Assembly (NCBI GenBank): GCA_948434985.1
Contig: CAOJFV010000002.1
Coordinates: forward strand, 17,873 to 81,872
From: an uncultured Clostridium sp.
Lineage (GTDB): Bacteria > Bacillota > Clostridia > TANB77 > CAG-508
Reading direction: 5' to 3'
Length of the DNA: 64,000 nt
In this document: positions 31,937 through 45,730 of the stretch, piece after piece
Position numbering within the stretch: the stretch's first letter is position 1
How the letters are laid out: every line of letters begins with the position of its first letter
Program-made: the position numbers and the translations under genes
The notes under the pieces: generated by a model
The model's database searches: none
What the model was told of the DNA's origin: nothing
What the model saw: only the letters and a program-made list of their open reading frames with translations

Positions 31937-32027
31937 TTTGATTTCCTCCTACTGTTTTGTTAAAATATTTTTCATTTTAGCATAAATTATATATTTTGTA
32001 AACTGTTTTTTCAAAATATACTAAAAT

Positions 32028-32066
32028 TGAAGGTTAGAATATCTAACTTCTAACCTCCAACTTCTA
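32028..32066. repeat. Intergenic hairpin repeat element (ccaacctccaacttcta family), copy 2; doubles as the groEL terminator
   Basis: aggttagaa/ttctaacct stem. Core aacttctaacctccaacttctagc versus aacttccaacctccaacttctaacg at 22928-22952. Confidence 0.5.
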
Positions 32067-32075
32067 GCTTTTATA

Positions 32076-33716
<1,641 letters not shown>

Positions 33717-33741
33717 TCAAATCCTTTCTTTTTATAAATCT

Positions 33742-34032
<291 letters not shown>

Positions 34033-34143
34033 TTACCTCCTTCAAAATTCGAAGAATTTTGTACTCTTCACTTTTTGGGCGGACACGGGGCCCGCCCCTA
34101 CATTTTTATTTCTATATTACCTGTTTGTAAAAATTATAAATTA

Positions 34144-34170
34144 TTAGCACTCTATTTCTTCGACTGCTAA
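34144..34170. promoter_or_regulatory. CIRCE operator (HrcA site) of groESL, with sigma-A promoter just upstream
   Basis: ttagcactc-tatttcttc-gactgctaa against the consensus TTAGCACTC-N9-GAGTGCTAA (1 mismatch). A TTGACA -35 lies at about 34195-34200 on the minus strand. Confidence 0.8.
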
Positions 34171-34282
34171 TAATTTATACCCAAAACTTTCAAATGTCAA
34201 TAGAATTTATAAAAATTCACACATTTTTCACAAAAGAACAGCAGTGGACTTTTTACAAATTACAAAAGTCTATGTTTATTGC

Positions 34283-34345
34283 AAAGTCCACGCCCGTTGT
34301 TCGCTCGCAAAATTTTATGAAATAAAATTTGTGTGGAATCTTTAT
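34283..34345 (+). other. GC-rich structured ~65-nt motif, copy E1 (AAAGTCCRCG...TTGTTCGCYCGC + hairpin + TGTGGAAT)
   Basis: aaagtccacgcccgttgttcgctcgc-caaaatttta tgaaa taaaatttg-tgtggaat; second copy at 54348-54410. Confidence 0.4.
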
Positions 34346-34349
34346 CTAA

Positions 34350-34390
34350 TTTTCTTATTAATTAAAGAACGCTCATATCATTTTATGAGC
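34350..34390. terminator. Bidirectional intrinsic terminator
   Basis: Perfect 13-bp stem aaagaacgctcat/atgagcgttcttt with A-run/T-run flanks. Confidence 0.65.
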
Positions 34391-34473
34391 GTTCTTTTTA
34401 TATTATTCTTGTCTTTGTATATTATTTTAGAATATACAAAGACAGAGACTCAAGAAGAGCCTCTGTCCTTGTA

Positions 34474-34716
34474 TCAAAATCTCACGCCCAAGCCAAATGC
34501 TTGTATCAATTTGGCAAGTTCAAGAGAGTTTTTATGATTGCAACATGGACATTTGAAAAAAAGATACGCTTTCTTACTTCCTTCCATCATTCCTCCGCAA
34601 TCGACATCACGCTTTTGTACGTCTTTAGCAGAAATCTCAAGTTCGGCACTGCACTCTTGACAAACTACCCGCATAACCTTTGCTTCTTTTTTAGTGCCCT
34701 CTTTAATGATTTTCAT
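34474..34716 (-). CDS. Zinc-ribbon domain protein
   Basis: 80 aa with CQEC...CPCC cysteine pairs; RBS AAAGGAGGA. Contains an in-frame CGG read as Arg (VMRVVC). Confidence 0.5.
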   Translation of the reverse strand: MKIIKEGTKKEAKVMRVVCQECSAELEISAKDVQKRDVDCGGMMEGSKKAYLFFKCPCCNHKNSLELAKLIQAFGLGVRF

Positions 34717-34810
34717 ACAAAATCCTCCTTTGATATGTGTAATTGTACATATTTTAATACTACTAATAATACTAAAATAATTATATCATACAACTTTTCA
34801 TTTGTCAAAG

Positions 34811-36445
<1,635 letters not shown>

Positions 36446-36695
36446 TTATAAAAACAAAAAACAGATTAAAAAAATTCCTGAAAAATCGGTTTTTTTTTAA
36501 TCTATTCTCTAACTCTATGTATCTAGTTTAACATTTCTAAATACAAAATGCAACATTTTTTTCAAAAAGTTTTATAATTAATTGCTTATTAATAAAAATG
36601 TTATATATTTATTTCATATAAAATGATTTTACTTTTTTTACTCATATGTTATAATCAATGTGATACTTTAATAAATTTAGTTAGGAGATATACAT

Positions 36696-37640
36696 ATGAT
36701 AAAAGAAACTTATGATTTTTATAGTCCGTTTAATTTTAAATTATACAATCTAAACCCTAAAATACAATATCAGTTAGATTTACTTGCATCACACGATTTA
36801 CTTACAAGAAAGCATAGCGAAAATGTCGCAAATTTAGTTTATAGACTTTGCGAATATTTACATTGTAATTATAAATTTACATTTTATTGTACATGTTGTG
36901 CTTATTTACATGATATTGGAAAATTATTTATTTCTTTAGAAATTTTAACCAAACCTGATAAATTAACTGAAGAAGAATTTGAAATTATGAAAAATCATAC
37001 AAAATTAGGTTATGATTTATGTTATAAAGATTTAGAATTGCGTCCATATGCTGATGGTGCTTTATACCATCACGAATCGTTAAATGGAAGTGGTTATCCA
37101 AATGGTGCTACAAAAAAAGATATACCATATATGGCACAAATTCTTCGTGTTGCAGATGAATATGATGCTCTTGTAAGTAAAAGGCATTATAAAACTCACG
37201 TAAATATCTCTGAAACTTTAAAAATATTAATAAAAGAAGCTCAAGGTGAAGAATATACAAAAACAATCGCATTAGATCAACTATCAAAAGACTCTAAGTT
37301 AGGAAAAATTAATCCTAAAGTTTTAAAAAAACTATTTAAAGTTGTTATCGATGATACTATGTATGAAATTGCTTGCATTAAAGAATATGTAGCTCATTTA
37401 TTAAATGAAGTGGAAAGATTAAAATTAATAGATAAATTTAATACAAAAATGCTTGCAGCAAAAAAAGATAAAAAGAAGGAATATTACTTAAATGGAATTA
37501 AAGCACTTTTAAAAAGAGGAGAAACTCCTGAAAATTATAAACAGATTTTAGAAGAATATAAAGAAGCAATTGAAAGTAAAAAATTTATGATAAATAAACT
37601 TTATGATGAAATTAAGATTATAAATAAATTAAAAGTATAA
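36696..37640 (+). CDS. HD-GYP domain protein (putative c-di-GMP phosphodiesterase)
   Basis: HD motif YLHDIGK and YHHESLNGSGYPNG (HHExxDGxGYP-like). Confidence 0.7.
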   Translation: MIKETYDFYSPFNFKLYNLNPKIQYQLDLLASHDLLTRKHSENVANLVYRLCEYLHCNYKFTFYCTCCAYLHDIGKLFISLEILTKPDKLTEEEFEIMKNHTKLGYDLCYKDLELRPYADGALYHHESLNGSGYPNGATKKDIPYMAQILRVADEYDALVSKRHYKTHVNISETLKILIKEAQGEEYTKTIALDQLSKDSKLGKINPKVLKKLFKVVIDDTMYEIACIKEYVAHLLNEVERLKLIDKFNTKMLAAKKDKKKEYYLNGIKALLKRGETPENYKQILEEYKEAIESKKFMINKLYDEIKIINKLKV

Positions 37641-37981
37641 AAATAAATAATATTATTTAAAGAATAAAAGCTAAAACAAGGTTCTATTTCCTGTTTTAGC
37701 TTTTTATAATCACAAATATCCTATTTGCAACCACTTTGTATATTTATTATATGTACCTATGTAATAAATATACAAAAATGATAAAAGGAAACTTGTCCTA
37801 AGTTTCCCAACTTTTAAAATTTATTACTGTTACTAATGTCAATTAGCAACCTATTTGTATTTTAATTATATCATTTGCTAAAACTATTGTTTATACTTTT
37901 TCAACAATTTCTTCAAATCTTCGAAGTTAGCGCTGTTTGATATTTCTAATAGTTCTTGCATTTGATCTTATTAATTTACAC

Positions 37982-38410
37982 CTAATTCAAATATTGTTTA
38001 AATTTATAAGAGTGTTTCACAAAATTATTATTTTTATAAAATCTATGTGCATTTTCATTGTTTATGTAACTTGTTAATTCTATTACTTCACAATCATTAC
38101 TTTTTGCATAATCTACTGCATTTTGTAATAGTGCTTTGCCAATCCCTTTATTTCTATATTCTTTATCAACAATTAAATCTTCAATAAAACTTTGTTTTCT
38201 TGCTCTATGAAGTTTAACTTGAATTTCTGAAGTTACTACCCCTACAATTTTATTATCTAAAATTGCCACTATATAATAACTATTTATATCATTTAATTTT
38301 AATTGGTAAATTTGAGAAAATTTATCATATTTCAACTTGTTTTCATATAATTCATTTAGTAATTCAAATACTCTATTTAAATCATTCAATGTTATTCTTC
38401 TTATTTCCAT
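37982..38410 (-). CDS. GNAT family N-acetyltransferase
   Basis: 142 aa; acetyl-CoA binding motif RNKGIGKALLQ. Confidence 0.75.
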   Translation of the reverse strand: MEIRRITLNDLNRVFELLNELYENKLKYDKFSQIYQLKLNDINSYYIVAILDNKIVGVVTSEIQVKLHRARKQSFIEDLIVDKEYRNKGIGKALLQNAVDYAKSNDCEVIELTSYINNENAHRFYKNNNFVKHSYKFKQYLN

Positions 38411-38613
38411 TTTTACCTCCTACTTTTAAATGAACTACTATTATTCGTTAACATTATAACACAAAAAGACATAATATTCAAATGATTAACTATAGTTTTA
38501 TGATAATTTGTACATACTCTATAATTTAATAAAATCTTAAGCTATTTTCATAAAATCTTAAAACCTAATCCCTAAAAATTTTATATAATTGCTTAAGAGG
38601 TGAAAAGGATACT

Positions 38614-39324
38614 ATGAAAAGAAAGAAAAAGAAATCATATATAAAATTAATCATTTTTATTATATTTTTTATAATATGTGGTTTCTATTTAGGAAATAAG
38701 TTTTTCTCCAAATATACACTAGTTGCGACATCTAGCAATATTAATTATTCAGGCGTTGGACAAAGGTCTATTTCTGGAAAAGATGGTTATGTAACTACAT
38801 TTACTACTGCTGACGGAAAAACATACAAAGAATATAAACAAAATGGAAATAGCTCTTGGGCAGAACGCTATTATTGGGGTGGAACAATGTCTGAAAACGG
38901 CTGTGGTATTACTTGTATCGCCACTCTTGCAAGCGGATATGGTAAGAATTATACTCCTGAAGATTTAAGAAAGAAATATGCTCCTAATAAAAATGATCAT
39001 TTAGCAGGTGACCTTATTTCTTTTGAGTTAGAAAATTATTTTGGAATTGATAATTCTGATTTTAAATATTCTAGTGATTATTTTGAAAAGGATTACATTT
39101 TTAATTGGTTAAAAGATGACAAACCTATTTTAATTTGTGTTTGGAATAAGCCTAGTAGCAAATGGACAACCTCTTCTCATTATATGTTACTTCTTGCGAC
39201 AGATAATATTTCTAAAGTTTATGTATCAAATCCAAATGGAGATACAAATAGTCCTAGAGAATCTGGATGGTATGATTATACTGATGTATTACCATATATT
39301 GCAAAAGCTCTTTTTATTATGTAA
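38614..39324 (+). CDS. Membrane-anchored papain-like (peptidase C39-like) cysteine peptidase
   Basis: N-terminal TM anchor. Candidate catalytic Cys in SENGCGITCIATLASGYG and His in SSHYMLLLATD. Confidence 0.45.
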   Translation: MKRKKKKSYIKLIIFIIFFIICGFYLGNKFFSKYTLVATSSNINYSGVGQRSISGKDGYVTTFTTADGKTYKEYKQNGNSSWAERYYWGGTMSENGCGITCIATLASGYGKNYTPEDLRKKYAPNKNDHLAGDLISFELENYFGIDNSDFKYSSDYFEKDYIFNWLKDDKPILICVWNKPSSKWTTSSHYMLLLATDNISKVYVSNPNGDTNSPRESGWYDYTDVLPYIAKALFIM

Positions 39325-39512
39325 GAAATATCTTGTCTATTAACAAAGGTTATATGATTTATTTTATACATTTCAGGTTATAACCTTCCCACTGATGCTG
39401 TAACAATGCAAATGCATTTAACAGCATTCAGCGGTCCCCACGTAGTTAAACCCTCCATTTCTAAAATAAATATATAACCTTTGTTTTGAAATTATTATAT
39501 GGATATTTATTT

Positions 39513-41525
39513 CTAATTTGCAATACTAGTCTTTTTTGTAATTGTTTCTTCAATCATATTTACTGTTTTTTCAATTCCTAAAGCATCTACGTTTAAGCTA
39601 ATATCATAATTGCTTAAATCTTTCCAAATTTGTCCTGTGTAATGATTATAATGTTTTTCTCTTGCTTTGTTGATTTTATTTATTTCTTTTAATGCATTTT
39701 TTTCTTCTAAACCATAATATTTTACTGCTCTTGCTATTTTATTTTCTTCATCACTATATAAGAATACTGAAATGACATTTTCATTATCTTTTAATATGTA
39801 ATCTGCACATCTACCAATAATTACACAAGAACCCTTTTCTGCTATTTCTTTTATTGCATTTGTTTCTGCAATAAATAAATTATCATCATTCGTTAAGTTA
39901 TTATAATATTGTGAATTGAAATTTGATAATAATTTATCTGTTATATTTTGTTCTTTTTCTTCAATATATGATGCTGATAATCCACTTTCGCTTGATACCA
40001 TCATTATTAAATCTTTGTCATATAATTTTATTCCTAGTTTTTCGGCAAGTAACTTTCCAACATATCTACCACCTGAACCATATTCACGATTAATTGTAAT
40101 TATTAGATTGTTTTTTTCTTCTATGTTCTCTTCTTTTACATTTTCTATTTTTTCTTCACTTTCATTTTTATTTTCTTCTTTGTTAAATTTCTTTACTTGA
40201 AGAACTAATAAAATAACTGCTATTATAAATGCAAATCCATCCGCTATTGGTCCTGCATATAAAACTCCCATAACACCATAGAATTTAGATAATATAATGG
40301 CTGATGGTATGTAAAACAAAATTTGTCTAGATAATGTAAGAAATGCAGATTTTGTTGGTTTTCCTACTGCTTGGAAGAATATACCTGATGAAATTTGAAT
40401 TCCGTTACAAAACGTTAACATTAAAAATGTTCTAAATGTTAAACATGCAAATTCATTATACAATTCATCTCCAGAACCAAATATACTAATTAATTTTTCT
40501 GGTATTGTTTGGAATAATATGAATGATACTACTGATACCATTGTACTTAATAATAGTACCCATTTTAATGTTTGTTTTACCCTATCGTATTTCTTTGCTC
40601 CATAATTATATCCAACAATTGGTTGACTTCCTGCTGCAATTCCTATGATAATACTTGCTAAAATCATATTTACTTTCATAACAATTCCATGAACAGTAAT
40701 TGGTATCTCTGTACCAAATTTGCTACTAGCTCCATATATGTTATATAGAGTATTTTGCGCTGTAATAACTATTACAATTGCCATTTGTGTAATAAATGAA
40801 GAAATTCCAAGCATTGCCACATTTTTTATTAATTTTAAAGATAGCTTAAAACTACTTTTTGTAAGCCCAATACTTTTAAATTTCTTTAAATAAAGTATAT
40901 TAATTAAGAAGTTAACAATTTGGCTAATAACAGTTGCAAGTGCCGCTCCTTTAATTCCCATATCAAATACAAATATAGAAATTGGGTCTAATATAATATT
41001 TAAAACAGCACCAATAATCATTGATGTCATTGCATATTTAGGTGAACCATCTGCTCTTATTATTGAGTTTAGAGTAGTTCCTATCATCATAAATGGAATT
41101 CCAATTGCAATTATATAACCATAGTCCATAGCATATGCTCTTAAAGTATCTGTTCCACCAAATAGAGTAATCAAGTTTGGTAAAAATATTAGAATAGCTA
41201 TTCCTAGAATAATAGATAAAATAGCAGATGCTATAATTCCATTTCCAACACCACGTTCTGCTTCTTTTTTCTTTTTTTCACCTAGTTTTAAACTTAAATA
41301 TGCTGATGTTCCATCTCCAAACATTAGAGAAACTGCTAAACATATTACAGTTATTGGGAAAATAATATTTGTTGCTCCGTTTCCTAGATAGTCTACACCC
41401 CATCCTATAAATATTTGGTCAATTATATTGTATAGTGCATTTACTACTAATGATATAATACATGGTACAGAAAATGCCATTAATAATTTTCCTATTTTTT
41501 CTTTTCCTAAATCTAATTGTTTCAT
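39513..41525 (-). CDS. MATE family efflux transporter fused to a C-terminal cytidylate-kinase-like (P-loop NMP kinase) domain
   Basis: About 450 aa with 12 TM helices (MATE). Then INREYGSGGRYVGKLLAEKLGIKLYDKD... of the cytidylate-kinase-like family. Confidence 0.65.
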   Translation of the reverse strand: MKQLDLGKEKIGKLLMAFSVPCIISLVVNALYNIIDQIFIGWGVDYLGNGATNIIFPITVICLAVSLMFGDGTSAYLSLKLGEKKKKEAERGVGNGIIASAILSIILGIAILIFLPNLITLFGGTDTLRAYAMDYGYIIAIGIPFMMIGTTLNSIIRADGSPKYAMTSMIIGAVLNIILDPISIFVFDMGIKGAALATVISQIVNFLINILYLKKFKSIGLTKSSFKLSLKLIKNVAMLGISSFITQMAIVIVITAQNTLYNIYGASSKFGTEIPITVHGIVMKVNMILASIIIGIAAGSQPIVGYNYGAKKYDRVKQTLKWVLLLSTMVSVVSFILFQTIPEKLISIFGSGDELYNEFACLTFRTFLMLTFCNGIQISSGIFFQAVGKPTKSAFLTLSRQILFYIPSAIILSKFYGVMGVLYAGPIADGFAFIIAVILLVLQVKKFNKEENKNESEEKIENVKEENIEEKNNLIITINREYGSGGRYVGKLLAEKLGIKLYDKDLIMMVSSESGLSASYIEEKEQNITDKLLSNFNSQYYNNLTNDDNLFIAETNAIKEIAEKGSCVIIGRCADYILKDNENVISVFLYSDEENKIARAVKYYGLEEKNALKEINKINKAREKHYNHYTGQIWKDLSNYDISLNVDALGIEKTVNMIEETITKKTSIAN

Positions 41526-41738
41526 TTCTTTCTCCCTTCTTCACTCTGTTTTCGCACAAAAAACAACACATTTAAATGTGCTGTTCGTTAATCACTATTT
41601 TTATAGTGTGCGTTTCCATTATTTATTTTAGATTTATATTCTATAATATTTTGTGGAATCTTGTCAATGTTTTTTTTACAAATATTCAAAATATTATAAA
41701 TTGTGTTGCTATTATATTAAATGTGAATTGTAACTTAG

Positions 41739-43049
41739 TTATTCAATTTTCCCAAGTAAATCATAGTCTCTAACTTCTGTTATCTTACAATCTACAAACT
41801 GACCTATCTTGTCTTTAGTTTTGTTTTCATTTTCTATAAAAATAACACCATCCATATCTGGAACATCCATATATGTTCTTCCTATGTAATATTTTCCGTC
41901 AAATGAAACATCTTCTATCATAGTTTTATATGTCTTACCAATCTTATTTTCTAGATTAGTTTTTGATATTTCCTGTTGTAATTTCATTATTTTATTATAT
42001 CTACTTTTTTTAGTTTGAGGATGAATTTGTTCTTTTAATCTTGAGGCTGGTGTACCATCTTCTTTAGAATACATAAATGCACCTAATTTATCAAATTTAG
42101 TTTCTTTAATGAATTCATAAAGTTTATCGAAATCTTCCGTAGTTTCTCCTGGGAACCCAACAATTACAGTAGTTCTTAATATAACTTTTGGTATTTCTTT
42201 TCTTATCTTTTTCATTAATTCTTTTATTGATTCTTCATTACTTTTTCTATTCATTCTTTTTAATACTGTATTAGATACATGTTGAATTGGTATATCAAAG
42301 TATTTACATATTTTATCATTGTTTTTTACAATATTAATTAATTCATCTGTTATTGTTTCTGGATATGAATATAAAAATCTAACCCACTCAATTCCTTCTA
42401 TTTTACAAAGTTTATCTAAAAGCTCTGCCAGCTTTGATTCTCCATATATATCAATACCATATTTAGTAGTATCTTGTGCAATTACTATTAGTTCTTTTAT
42501 TCCTTTTTTAGCAAGTAGAGTGGCTTCTTTTAGTATATCTTCTATTTTTCTACTAACAAATGACCCTCTAATATTTGGTATAGCACAATATGTACATCTA
42601 TTACTACACCCCTCTGCTATTTTTAAATATGCCATTTTATCGCCAGTAGTTATAAGTCTTTTATCATATTCTAAGCTATAGTTTGATACTTTCTCTTCCC
42701 TTTTTATAATTTTTTCTACTTCTTTCCAAAACTCATCATAACTATCACAAGATATAAATAAATCTACTTCTGGTAGTGCCTTTTCTAATTCTTCTTTATA
42801 TCTTTTAACTAAGCAACCTGTGGCTATAATATATTTACATCTACTTTTTTTATATTCTGCCATTTCTAAAATTGTATTGATTGCTTCTTCTTTAGCACTT
42901 TCTATAAATCCACAAGTGTTTATTAATATTATATCTGCAACACTTGGATTATTTACAATATTATATTCTTGTTCTTTAAATAACCCTATCATCATTTCTG
43001 TGTCTACTAAATTTTTACTACATCCTAGTGATACAAATCCTATATTCAT
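41739..43049 (-). CDS. rimO: Ribosomal protein S12 methylthiotransferase RimO (MiaB-like radical SAM)
   Basis: MTTase N-domain, radical SAM CxxxCxxC (CSNRCTYCAIP), and C-terminal TRAM domain. Confidence 0.8.
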   Translation of the reverse strand: MNIGFVSLGCSKNLVDTEMMIGLFKEQEYNIVNNPSVADIILINTCGFIESAKEEAINTILEMAEYKKSRCKYIIATGCLVKRYKEELEKALPEVDLFISCDSYDEFWKEVEKIIKREEKVSNYSLEYDKRLITTGDKMAYLKIAEGCSNRCTYCAIPNIRGSFVSRKIEDILKEATLLAKKGIKELIVIAQDTTKYGIDIYGESKLAELLDKLCKIEGIEWVRFLYSYPETITDELINIVKNNDKICKYFDIPIQHVSNTVLKRMNRKSNEESIKELMKKIRKEIPKVILRTTVIVGFPGETTEDFDKLYEFIKETKFDKLGAFMYSKEDGTPASRLKEQIHPQTKKSRYNKIMKLQQEISKTNLENKIGKTYKTMIEDVSFDGKYYIGRTYMDVPDMDGVIFIENENKTKDKIGQFVDCKITEVRDYDLLGKIE

Positions 43050-43160
43050 TTTCTTCCTCTTTCTTTAAAATATCTATAATTTTATCACATTTTGTCGTGT
43101 TTTTCTAGACTATTTTATAATATTTAGTATATAATAATTATAATTTAAGGAGGTTTTATT

Positions 43161-43881
43161 ATGACACCACATATTGAAGCAAAAAAAGAAGAAATTGCAA
43201 AAACTGTATTAATGCCTGGTGATCCACTTCGTGCAAAACTTATTGCTGATAATTTTTTAGAAAATGCTAAGCTTGTAAATTCTGTTCGTAATATTTTTGC
43301 ATACACAGGATTATATAAAGGAAAAGAAATAACTGTTATGGCTTCACGGAATGGGAATGCCTAGTATGGGGATTTATTCTTACGAACTATTTAAGTTTTA
43401 TGATGTAGAAAATATAATAAGATTAGGCTCTTGTGGAGGATATAATAAAGATTTAAATTTATTTGATTTGGTACTTGTAGATAATTCTTATACCGAAGGC
43501 AATTATGCCCTAAGTATTGATAATACCGATTGTCATTTTATAAATTCAAGTAATAAACTTAACTCTATAATTGAAGATACTGCAAAATCAATAGATATAT
43601 CTATAAAAAAATCTAATATTGCTTGTGGTGAAGTTTTTGATGCTTATATGAGTGATATGTCTAAATACTTAGAAAGATTACCAAAAGAATATAATATATC
43701 AGGTGCTGAAATGGAGGCTTTTGCGTTATTTTATAATTCAAAATTGTTAAATAAAAATGCTGCTTGTATACTTACTGTTGTTGATTCGTATTTTTATAAT
43801 GAAAATGTATCAGCTGATGCTAGACAAAACTCATTAAATCAAATGATTAATCTTGGACTAGAAAGTGCTATTAAAATATAA
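43161..43881 (+). CDS. deoD: Purine nucleoside phosphorylase DeoD-type; frame interrupted at an in-frame CGG
   Basis: [44 protein letters not shown]... then a break. TCA CGG AAT (43347-43349): skipping the C gives ...[21 protein letters not shown]..., the conserved PNP core. Confidence 0.9.
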
Positions 43882-44066
43882 TTATTTAGTTCTATTCAGC
43901 CTATCTTGTTTGCACTCCGCTCCCATGTAGTAATATATTCACGCTAATTTAGTACCATAGGCTGAACTGTAACCCAAAATTTATAAAAAAGTAATTAAAA
44001 ACTTGATTTTTAGTCATTTTTTTTGTATAGTATAATTTAGAATTTTATTATAAAGGAGATTTTATT

Positions 44067-44984
44067 ATGAGTACACTTATTTTTGGACATAAAAACCCAG
44101 ATACAGATTCAATCTGTTCTAGTTTAGTTATGGAAAAATTTGATAAAAATTTAGGATTTGATGTAGAGGCTGTAAGACTTGGTGATGTTAATAAAGAAAC
44201 AGCTTATGTACTAAATTATTTAGGAATTGAAGCACCAAGAATGATATCTTGTGTAGAAGAAGGACAAGCTGTAGTTTTAGTAGATCACAACGAATTTTCA
44301 CAAAGTGCTGATGGAATTGAAAAAGCAAAAATCGAAACAGTTGTAGATCATCACAGAATTGCAAACTTCCAAACAGCTGAACCATTATATTATAGAGCAG
44401 AACCAGTAGGTTGTACATCTACTATTCTTTACAAAAAATTTAAAGAAGAAAATATGACAATTGAGAAAAAAGAAGCTGTTTTAATGCTTTCTGCAATTGT
44501 ATCAGATACATTGTTATTTAAATCACCAACTTGTACTGAAGAAGATAAAAAGGCATGTGCAGAACTTGCTCGTATTGCTGAAATTGATGTTAATACATAT
44601 GGCTTAGATATGTTAAAAGCAGGAACTGATTTAAGTGATTTTACACCTGACGGATTAATTAATATTGATTCAAAAGAATTTGCAAATGGAGATTTCAGAT
44701 TCCAAGTCGCACAAGTAAATACTGCTTGTATTGAAGATGTATTAAAGGGTAAAGCAGAAATTGAAAATGCTATGCAAAACTTTATAAATTCTAATGGATT
44801 AAACTTATTTGTATTTTTAATTACAGATATTATAAATAGCAATTCTCAATGTGTTGTTTTAGGTAATAATACAGATATATTTGAAAAAGCATTTAATACA
44901 AAATTAGAAGATAATATGGCATTTTTAGAGGGTGTTGTTTCTAGAAAGAAACAAGTTGCTCCTATTATTTTGAATACTATATAG
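44067..44984 (+). CDS. ppaC: Manganese-dependent inorganic pyrophosphatase (DHH family II)
   Basis: MSTLIFGHKNPDTDSICS and DHH/DHHA2 motifs. Promoter TTGATT-17-TGnTATAGT at about 44001-44035. Confidence 0.9.
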   Translation: MSTLIFGHKNPDTDSICSSLVMEKFDKNLGFDVEAVRLGDVNKETAYVLNYLGIEAPRMISCVEEGQAVVLVDHNEFSQSADGIEKAKIETVVDHHRIANFQTAEPLYYRAEPVGCTSTILYKKFKEENMTIEKKEAVLMLSAIVSDTLLFKSPTCTEEDKKACAELARIAEIDVNTYGLDMLKAGTDLSDFTPDGLINIDSKEFANGDFRFQVAQVNTACIEDVLKGKAEIENAMQNFINSNGLNLFVFLITDIINSNSQCVVLGNNTDIFEKAFNTKLEDNMAFLEGVVSRKKQVAPIILNTI

Positions 44985-44995
44985 TTTTTTTAATA

Positions 44996-45030
44996 ATTTA
45001 TATAAAAATCAAAACGTATTACAAAAAAGG
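44996..45030. terminator. Bidirectional intrinsic terminator
   Basis: Stem aaacgtattac/gtaatacgttt with A-run/T-run flanks. Confidence 0.65.
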
Positions 45031-45051
45031 TAATACGTTTTATTTTATATA

Positions 45052-45642
45052 TTAAAGTATTGGTATAAACTTTGGAGTTTTATTTTCTATTTTACATATA
45101 CGTCTTTCGTGGTTATTTAATACCCTTTCTATCATCCTACGTTGTTTTTCTACACTTTGTATTATTGTCCCACAGTTTTCTACTACTGCTCCTTCAACTT
45201 CATCAATTTTGGTTTTAACTTGTGATATTTCTGTTTTTAATTCCTCTCTTAATTCTTCTTTTGCATCTTTTATTTCTTCTTTTAGTTCTTCCTTAATATT
45301 ATGCATTTCTTCCCAAGTTTTGATTTGGTTTCTATACAACTCCTTTATTTGTTGTTGCATACCTCCCATTTGATTTTGCATTCCATCAAATTGTCCTTGT
45401 AAACCGTCAATTTGACCTTGCATGCCTCCTATTTGATTTTGCATTCCATCAATTTGACCTTGCATACTTCCTATTTGATTTTGTATGCCTCCTATTTGAT
45501 TTTGCATTCCATCTACTTTGCTAGCAATAATACTAACTTGTGATAAAATTTGTTTTGCTATGTTTTCTTCCATAAAAACAACCTTCCTTTCTATATTATA
45601 TTTGGGGATAAATGTTTTAATACTGTATATTTGACAAAACAT
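45052..45642 (-). CDS. Hypothetical repeat protein (Q/G/M-rich nonapeptide repeats plus coiled coil)
   Basis: Repeats QNQIGGMQG/QIDGMQNQIGG are encoded by tandem DNA repeats at about 45350-45545. Confidence 0.4.
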   Translation of the reverse strand: MFCQIYSIKTFIPKYNIERKVVFMEENIAKQILSQVSIIASKVDGMQNQIGGIQNQIGSMQGQIDGMQNQIGGMQGQIDGLQGQFDGMQNQMGGMQQQIKELYRNQIKTWEEMHNIKEELKEEIKDAKEELREELKTEISQVKTKIDEVEGAVVENCGTIIQSVEKQRRMIERVLNNHERRICKIENKTPKFIPIL

Positions 45643-45730
45643 TTTGTATCCTTATTGTAATACAGTAATTGTCAAATTGCAAGTAAAAATCTAAATATTT
45701 TACAAAAACTTTTCGACAAATTGCGACACT

